A stretch of DNA of 64,000 bases from Craspedostauros australis (GCA_030167865.1 JALAGF010004837.1:1-64000), one strand, 5' to 3'; numbered from the stretch's first letter, positions 1 through 12,816 are shown. Numbers and translations are program-made. The notes: generated by a model from the letters alone, not told the origin.

Positions 1-1087
1 GGATACAGATCCATACCTCATCCACATGACCCTTTCAGCCTCTCCACGTGCCCCTCGTGCATACCCACACTCCCTGGCGACACGCTGATGCATCCAGAGG
101 GGGCTGGGCATGGATGGTCCCGATGGTACACCTCCATTTGGTGATGGCCCTGTTGGTTTTGGGTGGCCCACAAAAAATGACCTGTCGGCACTCATTCCAT
201 GCCGCAGCCTCTTCCAGACCGTTGCAGCAGCCCAAACTTCGCGACGTGCATCTTTAGGTGATGGCGCACGGGACTTGTATGGGCGACTTGGAGATTGGGC
301 AGCTTGATGATGCTGCCCCCTCACTGCCAAAGTCACATGGCAGGTTCGCCGCGATCCGCCCAACAAAACTCTTGCCCTCCACTGATTTCTCCGCGCGGAT
401 GCCTTCCTGGACCTCCCCGAGCCTGAGACTTCGTGGGCGCGTTGGTGATGCCCTCTTGGATGCGCCTTGCCCATTTGTAGGTGTTGGTGTGCCCTGTGCA
501 TGGAGTACACAGGCTACATCCAACGAGCCAATTTGCTGCAATTTGGAGACGTTTGCGCGGAGGGCTGCAGCGGCCCCAAATCAACCGCTCTCGCAGCCTC
601 CGCTCGTCCTCCCACCAAGGGTTGCATGGCGGTGACGGCGATGTGCTTGGATTTGTCGGTGGACCGCTGGTTGGTGCGGCGCCGAGGATGCCGTTGGACG
701 GCCATTGTGGATTTTGTTTTTGTTTTCCACCCTCGTCATGTGGTTGTGTCGAGTTTTGCGCTCCCGACCGGCCTCACATCTTGGGGGGTGCGGTAACAAC
801 CAACAATTGTACCGAATGCACGAAAGAAGCATCACACAAAACACTTCGAGAGTACCAATGCAACTCAACCATTCCGTTACGACGAAACGTAGCTGAGGAT
901 GATTCACATCGTGCTGTGATTGGTGTTTCATGACGCAGTAGCCAGGTTGGTGACGTAGATGACGGATCAGGCAAACATAGGGTAGAATGGATGTAAACGC
1001 GAACTCACCGCTTCTCCCACAAATCTACAACTAGTGTTATCGTGGACGAGGGGTTGGTTGGTCTGATCAGAACGCCTCAAAAAGAAA

Positions 1088-1651
1088 CTAAACAATTCAA
1101 AATCGGAACAAACTTGATGAAACGAAGAACAGCAAAGGGTTAAGTTGGATCGATGTAGTCGTAGCCAAAGGGCTGAAACCCGAAAGAGATCGGAAAATAT
1201 NNACATCCATCGGTCCATAAAACATAAAATAGGAGCAATAGCAGAACCAAAATGGATCAGTATATGTTTTAGATCTATGAGGATTACGAATATGCGCTTA
1301 TTTTTTAAATCGGAGGAAAAAAGTATGGAAGTTCATTTCAAACAGTTGGTCGACTCGCTCGAGGGGCTCCTAAACAATTCAAAATGGGAACAACGTCGCT
1401 GAAACGAAGAACAGCAAAGGGTTAAATTGGATCGATGTAGTCGTAGGCGAAAGGCTGAAACCCGAGAGAGATCGAAAATTGCGCATATCCATCGGTCNGT
1501 AAAACTTAAAATAGGATCTAACTCAAAAATNTAACGGTTAATTATTTGTATTAGACCTAAAGGGATTACGAATATGTGCTTGGTTAGTATGTAGGAGAGA
1601 AAATTTCTGGAGGTCTATTTCAAACGATTGGTCGACTCACTGATCGGGCTC
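1088..1651. repeat. Diverged tandem duplication, 2 x 282 bp, AT-rich, apparently non-coding
   Basis: Copy 1 (1088-1369) and copy 2 (1370-1651) both start CTAAACAATTCAAAAT and end GGGCTC. They align without gaps. Hand count: 59 mismatches plus 4 N positions in 282 (about 79% identity); copy 1 is about 39% GC. Confidence 0.95.
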
Positions 1652-2228
1652 ATATCTGCCGTTTTGCTTCTCGTTTCTGCCTGTCCTGCCACCCGTACAC
1701 GTAGCTGCCACCACAATCGAGGCAGAGGGTGGATCGGATCCTCACCTCCCCTTTCCACTTCTTCGCCCATCCTGATGGCCACGATCTGCACAAGGCGAGA
1801 AGTTGCGTTCGGTTGTTTTTTCGTCCCTCTCAGTCCACACATCTTGTGCTCCGCCAGAGCGAGAAGCCAAACCCGGGCCACAGAAACAACGCATCACAAA
1901 AAGCGAAGCAATCTGATCTCTTGCCTGTGAAGAGAGAGCGCTCGGGGGCGTTGTATCTATCACAATCTGCGGGGGAATACCTTGCACACTCACATCATCC
2001 TGGAAGCACGAGTACGTGCAGTGGCCCAATCGTTGAGTAGTCTGGAGTGTACTCCGCTTTACTCGACTCGACTCTACTCTACCCAACTATACTCCAGTCG
2101 GCTCCGTTTCGGCTGTGGTTGGACAGGTCTGCAAACAGATTTGACGTCATCAACATCATCAACATCAGCATCAGCGTACGGATACTCTGGACAAAGAGAA
2201 AGGGCCGCAAGGTACGGGTTTCATCAAG

Positions 2229-5200
2229 ATGGCACCATCAAAAGCTACTTATGAGAATGGCGTCGTCGCCACCAACTCCGATGCTGGTCCATCGCCTGAC
2301 GCAGTGGAGGCACCCATAGTTCTGAGCAACCTCACCATACTTCCCCCATCGCAAAAGTCAGGGTCATCGGTGCTTGACGAGGGCGCCAATGGTGTGCGCT
2401 TGCCACCGATCCCAGCCCAGGAATCCGTCAACTCCATCCGCCAGGCCCTGGGCGATGTGTGCAGGTACGGGCACATCACCAACTACAGACTCGAACTGGA
2501 CTTGGAAGGCCCCAAATCCCAGAGTCAGAAGCCATCTGCATCAGCGGCAGCAGCTGCTGCCGCTACTGCCGGCGGCACCGCCCTCTTCTCGCCATACACC
2601 GGCGTCGATGCGATCATTTCAGCACCAAGGGCTGCCAAGTTCACGGAAGTCGAAGCGGTGGATGAGATCAGCCATGAAGAATCCAACATCCTGGACGATT
2701 TCGGCGACCTGACACCCTACCTTGATCGTGGCCTCAAGGATGGTTCTTCACTTCGCATTGTGCTCGAAAGGTACGACATTGCCTCGATTCGAGACCACAT
2801 CAACCGCCTTCGGACCATCTTCAATGGAAACACCCCCCGCAGCAACTCTCTGGACGATGCATCCAAATCCAGCGCGAAGAGTGAAAGCAAGGTGGATGGA
2901 AGCGACAGTACCGAAAGCAATAGCAATAGTAACGGCGACAGCAATACCAGCAGCAATAACAATGGCAACAACAATGGCAACAACAACGGGAAGAAGGCAA
3001 AGGCAGAATCCGCGAAATCTTCTAATACCGCCGAAGGCCAGAAGCTTGCTCGTGAGCTTCCGACCTATGGGCAAAATACCAGCGCCATCGTTGATGGATC
3101 TGGAATCGGAAACTTCTACTACTTGGCCAGCGGCGAAGTTCCAATGGAGTACGGTCGCGGAATCGGCAACGGCAGCAGCCAAAGCCACAACAACGGCTCC
3201 AAGCAAACGCAAGCAAAGAAAAAGAAGAACAGGAAAGGCAAAGGGCCCAGCAAGAACAAGCCTGATGACAACGGCAGCAACACCCAGGAAGACGAAACAA
3301 AGCCCACCAACGAGGTCACCAACCAGTTGCTTCCAAAGCTCAACCAGGCCGAGTCCTTGACTCACATCAACTGCTCCATTCGCATGAGCGGATTCCACCC
3401 GCCTCCACCACCGAGGCGTCTTCTGGGAGACCTTGCGTATCTCGAGGTCACATTGCCAGGGTCGACATCCGCTGTGCACATCACAGCACAGGCAAACGGT
3501 TTTTATGTCAACAAGTCGGCTACCCAACCCAACAACGCCCCTGTCTTCGACCCGTCCCCAGCAACCAACCACTGCTTCTCTCATGAACTGCTGGACTGCC
3601 TGCTCCAGTACTCGCAAGGCATGCGCGATGCATGCGATGCCGCCCTCGATGCTGCAAAAGAACGCGCAAAGCTAACAGAAGAACTGAACAAGGACGGGCC
3701 GTTCACCTCGCTTTTCCGCATCGCCATCAGAGACGACTATGCCACTGATCAGTCGCGCGAATACAACACCTTCGCAGATGGCATCGACGGACTGCTCCAG
3801 CGACCAAGCTGGATCACCCACCAGTCCAAGTCCAACAGCAATTGGTTGGTGAATCACACTCATCACTCGTACGACTTGGACAGAACAGAGGCCGAAGTGT
3901 CCAACACATTCGGGATCGATGTGCGAAGCGGAGGCGTGAGAGACTGGAACGAAGAGCTTCAGAGCGCGCGCGAAATGCCGATTGGAACGCACGGTGAGAA
4001 GGTGGACCGAGCACGGTGAGTTCATGCCAAAGCTTGCTTGATTGCTGGCTGGCTGGCTTGCTTGCTTCTGATCAATCTTCGCTTCATTGCATGGGGGTTT
4101 ACCATGCGTGCCACCTCTGCCACCACCGCAATTGCTGTTGCTTGTTCTCGTATCAGAAGGGAATAGATGACTGTGTGAACAAGCCGACAGCATCGATCCA
4201 AAAGGTTGCACTTGTCTGTTGAGGCGTCGAGTCTCGAGCAAGAGGATTCGTTTCGATTCGATTTCATGTTGCTGCTTTGTTTGCTCCTTGCCTACTCTTT
4301 CGTTGTGCGTTTCATCAATAAACTCAACCTTCTCATATCGTCCATACGCAAACGTTTCCGCAACATGCTCTAATGGTCTCCATTCTACACACCACACGTG
4401 CTGCTCTCTGCTTTCTGCCCAACAATTCTTGACAGGGTTTTGAACAAGCTCATGATCGAGTTCGGGCAGGCGGCCGTGGCTGGAGTCAAGGCCATTATCG
4501 ACGGCCAAGTCTTCCCAATGAATCCCAGCGAACCTGCGCGCTCCCAGGTATACTTGCACAACAACATCTTCTTCTCCCGTGCAATCGATGCCGGCATTGA
4601 GACATTCAAGGTCGCCAAGGGCGATCGGGCAGCGAGAAAGTCGGCATCTCGCGATGCGCAGTCATTGGGATCGCTGCACCGCCTCGACCAAGTTGGCCTG
4701 TACACGCTAGCCACCATCCTTGTCGACTTCATGGGCACCAGATACGTCTGCCAAAGCATCCTGCCTGGTATTCTCAGCGGAGACAAGGCGCATACCTTAA
4801 TGTACGGGGCGGTGGAGGCTGGTTCCCCTCTGATCTGGAACGAGGAGACGCACAAGATCTTCGAGGAGACTTTGGGCAAGAATTTCACCATCGCAACTCG
4901 GACGCAGCCACGCCAACCTCTCAGCGAGAAGCGGACCAAGGAGATTCAAGCAATTAAGGAAGCATCGCCTCTGCACGTGCCAGCACAGAGCGTGCCAAGT
5001 AAAGACGACGAGACTCCAACCATTCCCTTCTGCGCACCCATCGAAGCGAAGGGTATCCAGGGCAACGACGAACGCATGTACGTCCTTGACATCACACGCC
5101 TCACACCACGAGACGCGAATTGGTTGCCTCAGGCCGATGGAGGCACAGGCAAATTGGAGGAGGCGTGGTCCAAGCTGTCTACGAAGGCAAAGGCCAAGAT

Positions 5201-7340
5201 CCCGATGAGCGTGCACGATGAGGAGTGGACGTTGGCCATCCTCAGGCCAGAGGTCGTCACTAGCCATGCCCAATCGCGCATGGCAAAGTACATGAACGCC
5301 AAAAATAAAGACGAAGGCGACAAAAAGGAGCAGCAGCAGCAAGAAGGGAGCGAGAAGGCTCCAAAGAATGAAAACGAGAAGGAGGGGCCTGATGCCAATG
5401 GCAATGCCGCCGGCGCTGGCGCTGGTGAAACACTCACGAAGGGCATTAGCGACAAGACCAATGCCGCCTCGTCCAAGCAGGATCCGCCCAAGAATAGAGA
5501 GCTTTCTCCCGAGGATCTAGAGTACTTGAAATCGCTACGGCTGAACATCAATGTGCTCCTCCCCGACACCCGTTCTCTGGAGGGCATCGACGACGAAGCC
5601 GCTGCGCTGATCACGAAAGATGAGGAAGCAGTGCGCGACGTTGCACGGTATCTGTGGGATGATGTGATCCCAAGAGTGACAACCGCTGTGCGTGAAGGAT
5701 CAAGTCACCAGTTGCCGCACGATGGCAAGAGTCTAACCGACTTCATCCATCAATTCGGAATCAATTGCCGATACCTCGGAAGGCTCGCCGATCTGGCACA
5801 AGAACAAGAGGCAAGCGACAAGAAGCAGAACGAGGATTTGAAGAGGGGAAATCCGACCATGCTGAATCGCAGAAAGATGCCGCAGTTCTGGCTTGAACTG
5901 CTCGAGTGTGAGATGGTGGCCCGCTCAGCGAAGCATGTTCTGGATTCATACTTCATGGAGAACATGGCAGCCGCAAGCGTGAAGCCTGCGCAGATAGTCG
6001 CATCTCTCTTGTGTGCTCTGGTCTCGGAACATGAAGAGACCTTGGCGCAAACTGAGAATCGTATCGAGAAGGAGGCGGCGGCATCTCTGCCTGACGATGA
6101 CGATCTCAACGCTATCATCCTGTCCGGCGTTGGTGGAGGTGAAGATTCCAACGCAGTGGTCGCAAGGACCCGAAATGATATTTGGAGTGATATCGAGAAC
6201 GATATCGGACGTCGATTCAGATATCAACTCACGCTGTACAACCAGGGCGGACGCTCCACACGTGCGCTGTACGCTCCTCTGCTACGACGCGTGTGCCAAA
6301 AGGTGGGAGCAAAGATTGTCGCCAAGCAATACGACTTGGGCGGTCGCTGTCTATGCTCGACTGCCGGCATGTCCGCGGGACAGTTGAGCTTCACGTACCC
6401 CATCTCGCCCACAGACGTCATCGACATCATGCCATTGATGAAGCACTCGGCTGCGCACGGTGCTGGATTCGTCCCCTGCGGGTATGGGCCTGGACTTGGC
6501 ATACCGCCGCTACATGTTTCGTTGCCAGAGGCACGGAGCCTGCTCGAAGCTGCGCATGGGCACCATCGTGCCCGAAATTTGCAAGCCGCAGTGGAGCTGG
6601 CCCAGGAAGCCATCGCGTTGTACACCACGATAACAGAAACCTCGGCGCATCCGGGCGTTGTGCGTTGCCTCGACCTCATGGCGTCAATCCTGTTCGATGC
6701 AAACCAACCGGCCGCGGCGGCGGTCAATGCGGAGAAGGCACTGGAGCTGTTGGTCCAGATCCACGGATTCGACTCTTCGGAGGTGGTCTCGGCCCATATC
6801 GCCCTGTTTCAGATGCTGTTGGCGTCCGGCCAGATCAGACGTAGCGTCAGGCACATTCGCGCCGCGCTTTACCTCATGGAGTTGCTGGGAGGTCCGCGGC
6901 ACGTGGAACTCTCGAGTTCCTACCACAAGCTGGGCACCGTGTACCACCAGGCAGGACATTTTGACACGGCATTGAGGTTGTACGAGGAATCTGCCAGCAG
7001 GGATTGCACGGATCGTCTCGTGGAAGCCATGATCTCGAAGAGCAAGGCCATGGTGCTAGGCAGCCTCAGCGAGTTCAAGAAGGCCATCGAAACCGAGAAG
7101 GACGCCTTCCAATCCTTCTCTCTGTTGTTGGGCGAAGAGCACTCGCTGACAAAGACGAGCGACCAGGCTTTGCAAAAGTTCATGAAGCTGGCGGTGGAGC
7201 ACAGCACCGTGAAGGTGGAGGAGGAGAAGCTGCGTCAAAGAGCTGTGGAGGCCGACTTGATCGCAAGCGAAATCGAGGCTGCGGAAGCCGCGGAAGCAGA
7301 AAAGAAGAAAAAGAACCGCAAGCGACGCGGCAAGAAGTAA
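2229..7340 (+). CDS. CLU1: Clustered mitochondria protein (CLU/CLUH family), 2 exons: 2229-4015, 4436-7340 (about 1563 aa)
   Basis: Family-typical motifs SGFHPPPPPRRLLGDLAYLEV, RDWNEELQSARE, VYLHNNIFFS, DFMGTRYVCQSILPGIL, GINCRYLG and C-terminal TPRs. GT-AG intron 4016-4435 joins KVDRAR to VLNKL in frame. Confidence 0.93.
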
Positions 7341-7681
7341 ATTCGCGCATCTCCGCCGGCAACACGCCGACGCAAACATTTAAAACACACCAAAACAAGA
7401 AACAAAACCTGACGCCGCTGAAGAGAGAGTTAAATCATCGCTCTCTTTCACAATGGTACTATGCATCTTATCTGCGCTTGTTGTGCTCACCGCCACGGAT
7501 GCGTAATGCTCGTCGAATAGAATACTCCAGAGAGTAGAGCGCATTCTTCATTCCTTGATATCCATGGTGAGCAGCGGCATTTTGTGCGAGTACGCCTCAC
7601 ACACGCGAGGCACAACCACGTCGAGTACGCGTACTCCACGCTGCTGTTCTCCCGTGACAGCAGTGAGAGAGAACCGTATGA

Positions 7682-8986
7682 TTATTTCGCCCATGGCGCT
7701 TTTGTGGGTTGAAATGGGTCGCCTCCGTCACCTCCAGAACCAGGAGGCGGCGGTTGCTGCGCTGAGGCGGTCGCCCAGGGAGCTCGAGTCGATTCCATCG
7801 GCGGTGCACTGGTTGACTGGGCTGATCTTTGGTCATCTTGCGGACGACTTCTGAACTGCGTCGACGTATCTCGGAACGTTGCTACGGGCGCCTGCCTCTC
7901 TGTTTGCGACGGCGTCCACGTGGCAGGGAAATACTTGCCGAACAAGAAGTGCTGCACGACTTGGCGCTTATCCAGGACTTCACCTTCGTACATGCGCACC
8001 AATCCTCTAGCCACCTTCTCCCAATTCGGCACCGTCTGGCTGATATCGAAGAGCATGGGCGACGACTCGAAGAACGGCACCCCCTTCTTCAGGTCTCGTA
8101 TGTGTTGAATGCAAGACAGGAACAGGTACGACTCCCCGTAGTCCCTGACCGCGTGATCATCCGCGAAGCACTTGGGTGATTTCAATTCGTGCGGCAATTC
8201 GTAGTGTGCTGTGCCGCTGCCCGCTGCCTTGCTTTGGGCCGTGGAAAGCTGACACGCTCCAAAGTAGAACGGAAGGCAGTGATAGTCGTCCAAACCCCAG
8301 ACGCCGTGAGAGCCAGCGGGTTCGAGTCTGTACACCGTCTGCAGCTTCCTCGTGACCTTGAGGTACTGATCGAAGATGCCGAGAGTGATGGCACGCAGGC
8401 ATTCGAGGGAAGGCGCCTCGTTGCCGAAGCAGGCGACCTTGGAGAGGACGAACAGGAACACAGCAAACGATGATTCGTGTCCCGTGCCGAAATCCAACCG
8501 CACCGCGTGGCCGAACGCGTCATGGAGATAGGCAGATACCTGCAGGATAGACGCATCATCCTGATCTTTATCGGTCCTCGAGTCGGTGCTGGCTGCCTCC
8601 GTGCCGCTTCTGGATGCTGCCTCCAGCGAGATGTCCGATTGGTTGCGTGCAAGCAGGATGGAGGTGATGATGGCCGTCGATCGATCCTTGAGCCTCTGGT
8701 GCCACTGGCGGAACGCAGGGTTGCCGAATCTGACCTTTTCCTGGTCGATTGGGGGGAAGTCGTCGACCCACTCCACCATCTGCCGCAGCGCACCATGCAG
8801 GCATGCCATCGCCGGCGTCATGCCAACGAGCGGCTGCGCTTGGTCCAGAGGAGCATTCGACGAAGCGCACGACCTTCCCATGGCCTCGATGAAGTTGAGC
8901 AGGCCCTTCTTCGTCGAGGATTCCATGAAGTGTTTCATGTCCACATCGTTGAAGATGCATCTGTGCGGTTTCGTCTCGATGTTCAT
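7682..8986 (-). CDS. PTPA: PP2A phosphatase activator (PTPA/RRD family), 434 aa, single exon
   Basis: Motifs RFGNPAFRQW, FGHAVRLDFGTGHE, YRLEPAGSHGVWGLDDY, ESSPMLFDIS, MYEGEVLDKRQVVQHF. Confidence 0.95.
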   Translation of the reverse strand: MNIETKPHRCIFNDVDMKHFMESSTKKGLLNFIEAMGRSCASSNAPLDQAQPLVGMTPAMACLHGALRQMVEWVDDFPPIDQEKVRFGNPAFRQWHQRLKDRSTAIITSILLARNQSDISLEAASRSGTEAASTDSRTDKDQDDASILQVSAYLHDAFGHAVRLDFGTGHESSFAVFLFVLSKVACFGNEAPSLECLRAITLGIFDQYLKVTRKLQTVYRLEPAGSHGVWGLDDYHCLPFYFGACQLSTAQSKAAGSGTAHYELPHELKSPKCFADDHAVRDYGESYLFLSCIQHIRDLKKGVPFFESSPMLFDISQTVPNWEKVARGLVRMYEGEVLDKRQVVQHFLFGKYFPATWTPSQTERQAPVATFRDTSTQFRSRPQDDQRSAQSTSAPPMESTRAPWATASAQQPPPPGSGGDGGDPFQPTKAPWAK

Positions 8987-9840
8987 TTTGACCCTCTCTC
9001 CCTGCCGTTTCCTTTCGATCTTTCCTCGAACGAGTGTAATCGACTATAATGGCTCAGATGATGATTGCCCTTTCAGCAGCACAAGCGCAAGGCTCTTCAC
9101 AAACGGCTCTCTATCGCTTCGACCGTTCGATGTAGTCGTAAACGATGCTCTCTTCTTGCCTCTCCTGTTGTCCTTTGTGGGGAGGGGGCGGTCAGTTGCG
9201 ACCTCTTTCAGACCACCATGGGCGCGAGCAGCTGGAGATAGTACGAGTAGATCACGCACACTGAGCGTTCTCCACAATCGTGTGGGTTGTTCAGTAGATG
9301 TTGGTGGTCGGGTATGTTCGGGTTTGGTTTTTTCGTTTTTGGCCTTGTCCAACCTTTGGCTCTCTTTGAGTTTCTCCCTACACGCATTTACCGCATCTCC
9401 CACAGTTGACCCACTAGACTAAACGTTCATTCGCAGTTGTTTGACCAAGACGAATGCATTCATCGCATTGGCGGAAAAGATTCAAATTTTGAAAAGTGAG
9501 ACGACACGGAAATCAGCATTTGTGGAACGCGATGATGACAGTCTCAACCACAAGGAATAGTACGCAGCTGGAAGAACGTGAACTTCATCGACACGGAATC
9601 ATTTGGTCATCTCTTTGGGTGGCTGCGTACTGCTATCCGTCCTCCCTCTACGAGCAGAGAGTGCGTGTGGTACTGGGGTACTCAACAAGGAGTTGCTTCC
9701 TCGTTCGTTGGCGTTGTTGGGTGGTGCCCATCGCACCATCGCATCGTCGAAGTACCCAGATCGAAGAAGGTCAAAGCAGGCCAAGGCGAGGCAAACCAAA
9801 GCAAAGCAAGAACATCAGAGGGTGGCAAAAGGGTTTGACC

Positions 9841-11893
9841 ATGGAGGCGAACCAAGTTGTGTCACAGAGGCTCATCGTTGGTTCTGGAAGCAGCGTGACG
9901 GTGTGGGATTGTGCGCAGCAAAACGAGATTATCAGCTTTCAGCCCAACGGGGACCTTCCGATCGCGGATGTTGCCTGGAATCATAATGGACAAGGTAGGT
10001 TCACCCATGCCTTGCTTGGCGTTGCGTTCATTCAAATGGTTTTACTGTTATTCGGGCTGATGTATGGTGCACGCTGATGCTGCGTCGCTATGATGTCGAT
10101 TCTGCTTCACATCACACCATCATGTGCTAGGCATGCTCCAGCTGTGTTCCAACGCTTCCTCCAGCGTTCGTTGCACTGGGATCAGCTCCATTCCCAAGCG
10201 CATCCACGCCAAGCAAAGCTGCCGCTGACCCGAGCCTCCATGCCATGTACACGCAAGAACCAATACTCACAATCCTATGGTTCTCTGCCTTACTCTACCT
10301 GCTCGACTCCGTTCTACTCGACTTGCTCGATTTACTGTCGTCGTATGCTGACTACGTTGAATACGACGACACAAACGACATCTACACGCATGCTCTCATG
10401 CGCCGTCATTTGCAACGATTGTCGCAGTTGTGGCGTCGGCATCAGCCATCAGCGTAGCAGAGGATGGCCACAACTCAATCACCTTGACGGCGGCCCATTC
10501 GGGGAAAAGGCTGGATTCGTTCCAGCACAACCAAGCGTGGAAGCGTAGTCCGGGACTAACGGCGTCAGTTGCATTCGGTGGAAAGTCCAGGTATCTATGC
10601 GTGGGCGATGACAGCGGGGCCGTTTGCATGTGGGATCTCAAGAAGAAGATCAGAGTGAGGCAGTTCTTCCATGAAAACCACCCTTCGAGGCAGGTGCAGC
10701 TCGATCCCAGTGACAAATTCATCATCTCGTTGTCCGAAAAGTTAATCTCCATCTTCAATCTGCGAGAAGGGAGCCTGGCATCGACCATCACGCCATCGGG
10801 CAGCTACGCGTTCACGTGCTTCGATGTGTCGGCAGGGAATCCCAGCATCCTTGCGGTTGGCACCAGCGATGGAAACATTGTGCTGCATGACATCACCCGT
10901 GAAGGCGCCCCCATAGTTACTTATCTTCGACGGTGTCACTCAACGCATGTCACCCAGCTTGCTATCTCGCCGCAGAACAATCAGCTGCTAGCTTCCACGT
11001 CAATCGACGGGACGTTGAAGTTCTTCGACATGGCGACGGGGGAGACGATACACCAGCTGGCATCCCTCAACAGCGCCATCACGAAGCTGACCTTGCACGG
11101 CGATGGCGTTACCTGCGCTGTGGGAACCGACAAGGGTGACATTCACCTGTACGATATGCGTCAGACTGAGGCCCTTTCATCGTTCCACCTCGATGGACCG
11201 ATATCGTGCCTGACGTTCGCACCGATGCCACGCAACAAACTTGTGGATGCCGCCGCCGTGGTAAGTTCTGCGTCGAATGGGGCACCACGAAATTTGCAAC
11301 ATGTGGTGGCTCCATCGTCTAGCAGCGGAGCTGCCACTTTGGCGAGAATAGCATCAACCGAAGCTGCGGCAATGCCAAGCCCCGTGGCGGTGGACGAAAC
11401 ACCTGAACCAACTCACGGACATCCGGGGCACGAGTATCCAACTCACGAACATCAGATGGCAACCAGTCCAGTTGGTTCATCCCAGCATGTTCCACCAACC
11501 CCCGTGCATTCCGAGGATGATAACGCTGCAGGATTGAAGCATATCGCGCCCGCTTCCTCGCCTGGCGAGAGCCAAATAGAGGATGTGAGATCGGCATCTT
11601 CGATTGGCGGCCTTGCAGCGAACTCGGCGCTCATCGAGATCAACCAAAAACTCGAAGCCGTCGAAGGGGTGGTGGACATCTTGAAGTCGACGGTGGGATA
11701 CGACATCGATGCCCTGCGAGATGATATGGAGGAATCGATCCGAAACCTTCACATGGACATGCTCACGCAGTTCCATCAGCAGTCGCAGGAAATGAAGTCA
11801 GCGTTCGCGGCGCAGCAGCAGATGATATCCGACTTGGTGCAAGAGAATCACAAACTGAGGGAAGAGAATCAGAATCTGCAGAACCAGGTCTAG
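9841..11893 (+). CDS. NEDD1: NEDD1/GCP-WD gamma-tubulin complex targeting protein, exons 9841-9994 and 10428-11893 (about 539 aa)
   Basis: N-terminal WD40 repeats (VAWNHNGQVVAS, VCMWDLK, LKFFDM, IHLYDMR), a disordered linker, and a C-terminal helix RNLHMDMLTQFHQQSQEM...ENHKLREEN resembling the NEDD1 tail. In-frame GT-AG intron 9995-10427. Confidence 0.8.
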
Positions 11894-12816
11894 AGCCTAT
11901 GACCCGGGTCAGCGAGTGGACCAACCTTTTGCATCGGTCAGCGGTCGACCAGGCATCTGCATGATAATAGAAGAGTGATGTGATACTCTATCCGTATAGT
12001 ACCCTTTTGCCATTCGCTTACGAATGGGTGCGCATGGACCCTGTTTGCAGCAACCACGCACGCGCACACACCCACGCAGCTTTGTGTTCAGGCAGAGGTG
12101 TCCGCGGGTGTTGTGGTTTTTCAGTGGAACTTCGTGTGAGTTCTTGCCCGAGCTATGTGCGTGTAGAGCGCAGCTGAAGGGTCTTTGATTGTGTGCGCCT
12201 GTGCAGAGCAATGATACGAGTAAGAGTCGGTCGAATGGTATGGTGGGGTATGGTGGGGTATGGTGCGCTATGTATGTATTGTAGTTGTGTGTGTGTGCGT
12301 GTGCGTGTTTTGCATGTGAAAGTATGCCCAAGCGGACAGGTGTGGTGTATATTGCACCTCTGTGTGGATAGGTACGCGTAAGGGCGGGAAGTAAGTAAAG
12401 TGTGTCGCCTTGTGTGGATTTTGTGTTTTGATCGTTCGATGTGCCCCCCGAATTGGTGTCGATCGATGCTGTTGCGTATTGTGTGGTGCTCGCACAGAGG
12501 AAGTGCTGCTGTGCTTGTGATGCTGGATCGCTGTCCAGCTCGCGCCCACGTTCATGCTCCTGATTCTCGTATCCTCCTCGTTGTTATCTCTAATATGTTG
12601 GCACTATCGAAGAGTCAAAAGCAAAAAAGACCGCTGCCAGTTATTGCTGTGCTTGTCTCGTTGAGGACCATGATTTGTGCTGCATCCCATCGCAGTTTCA
12701 GCAAGCCATATCGCTGTCGGTTTCATGATGGTCGTCTACGCCGCTGCTCTTGCTGTGTCTCCGGCTGCAGTGTGCCACAACTGCACACGTTCGTTCGTTC
12801 GATTGGTGTCTGATGC

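Noticed and set aside
1112-1180. C/D box snoRNA (TGATGA ... CTGA)
   Set aside because: The C box is lost in copy 2 (CGCTGA), and there is no terminal stem or recognisable guide.
1155-1185. Hammerhead ribozyme, suggested by AGCC-AAAG-GGCT-GAAAC / AGGC-GAAA-GGCT-GAAAC resembling stem II plus GAAAC
   Set aside because: The required CUGANGA immediately 5' of the stem is absent (TAGTCGT in both copies), and I found no stem III or cleavage triplet.
1145-1402. Protein-coding repeat, since 282 = 94 codons
   Set aside because: Stops occur in the frames I checked, even reading TGA as Trp, and substitutions show no strong third-position bias.
1088-1651. CRISPR-like repeat-spacer array
   Set aside because: Only two long units, similar along their whole length, with no unique spacers and no cas-like gene nearby.
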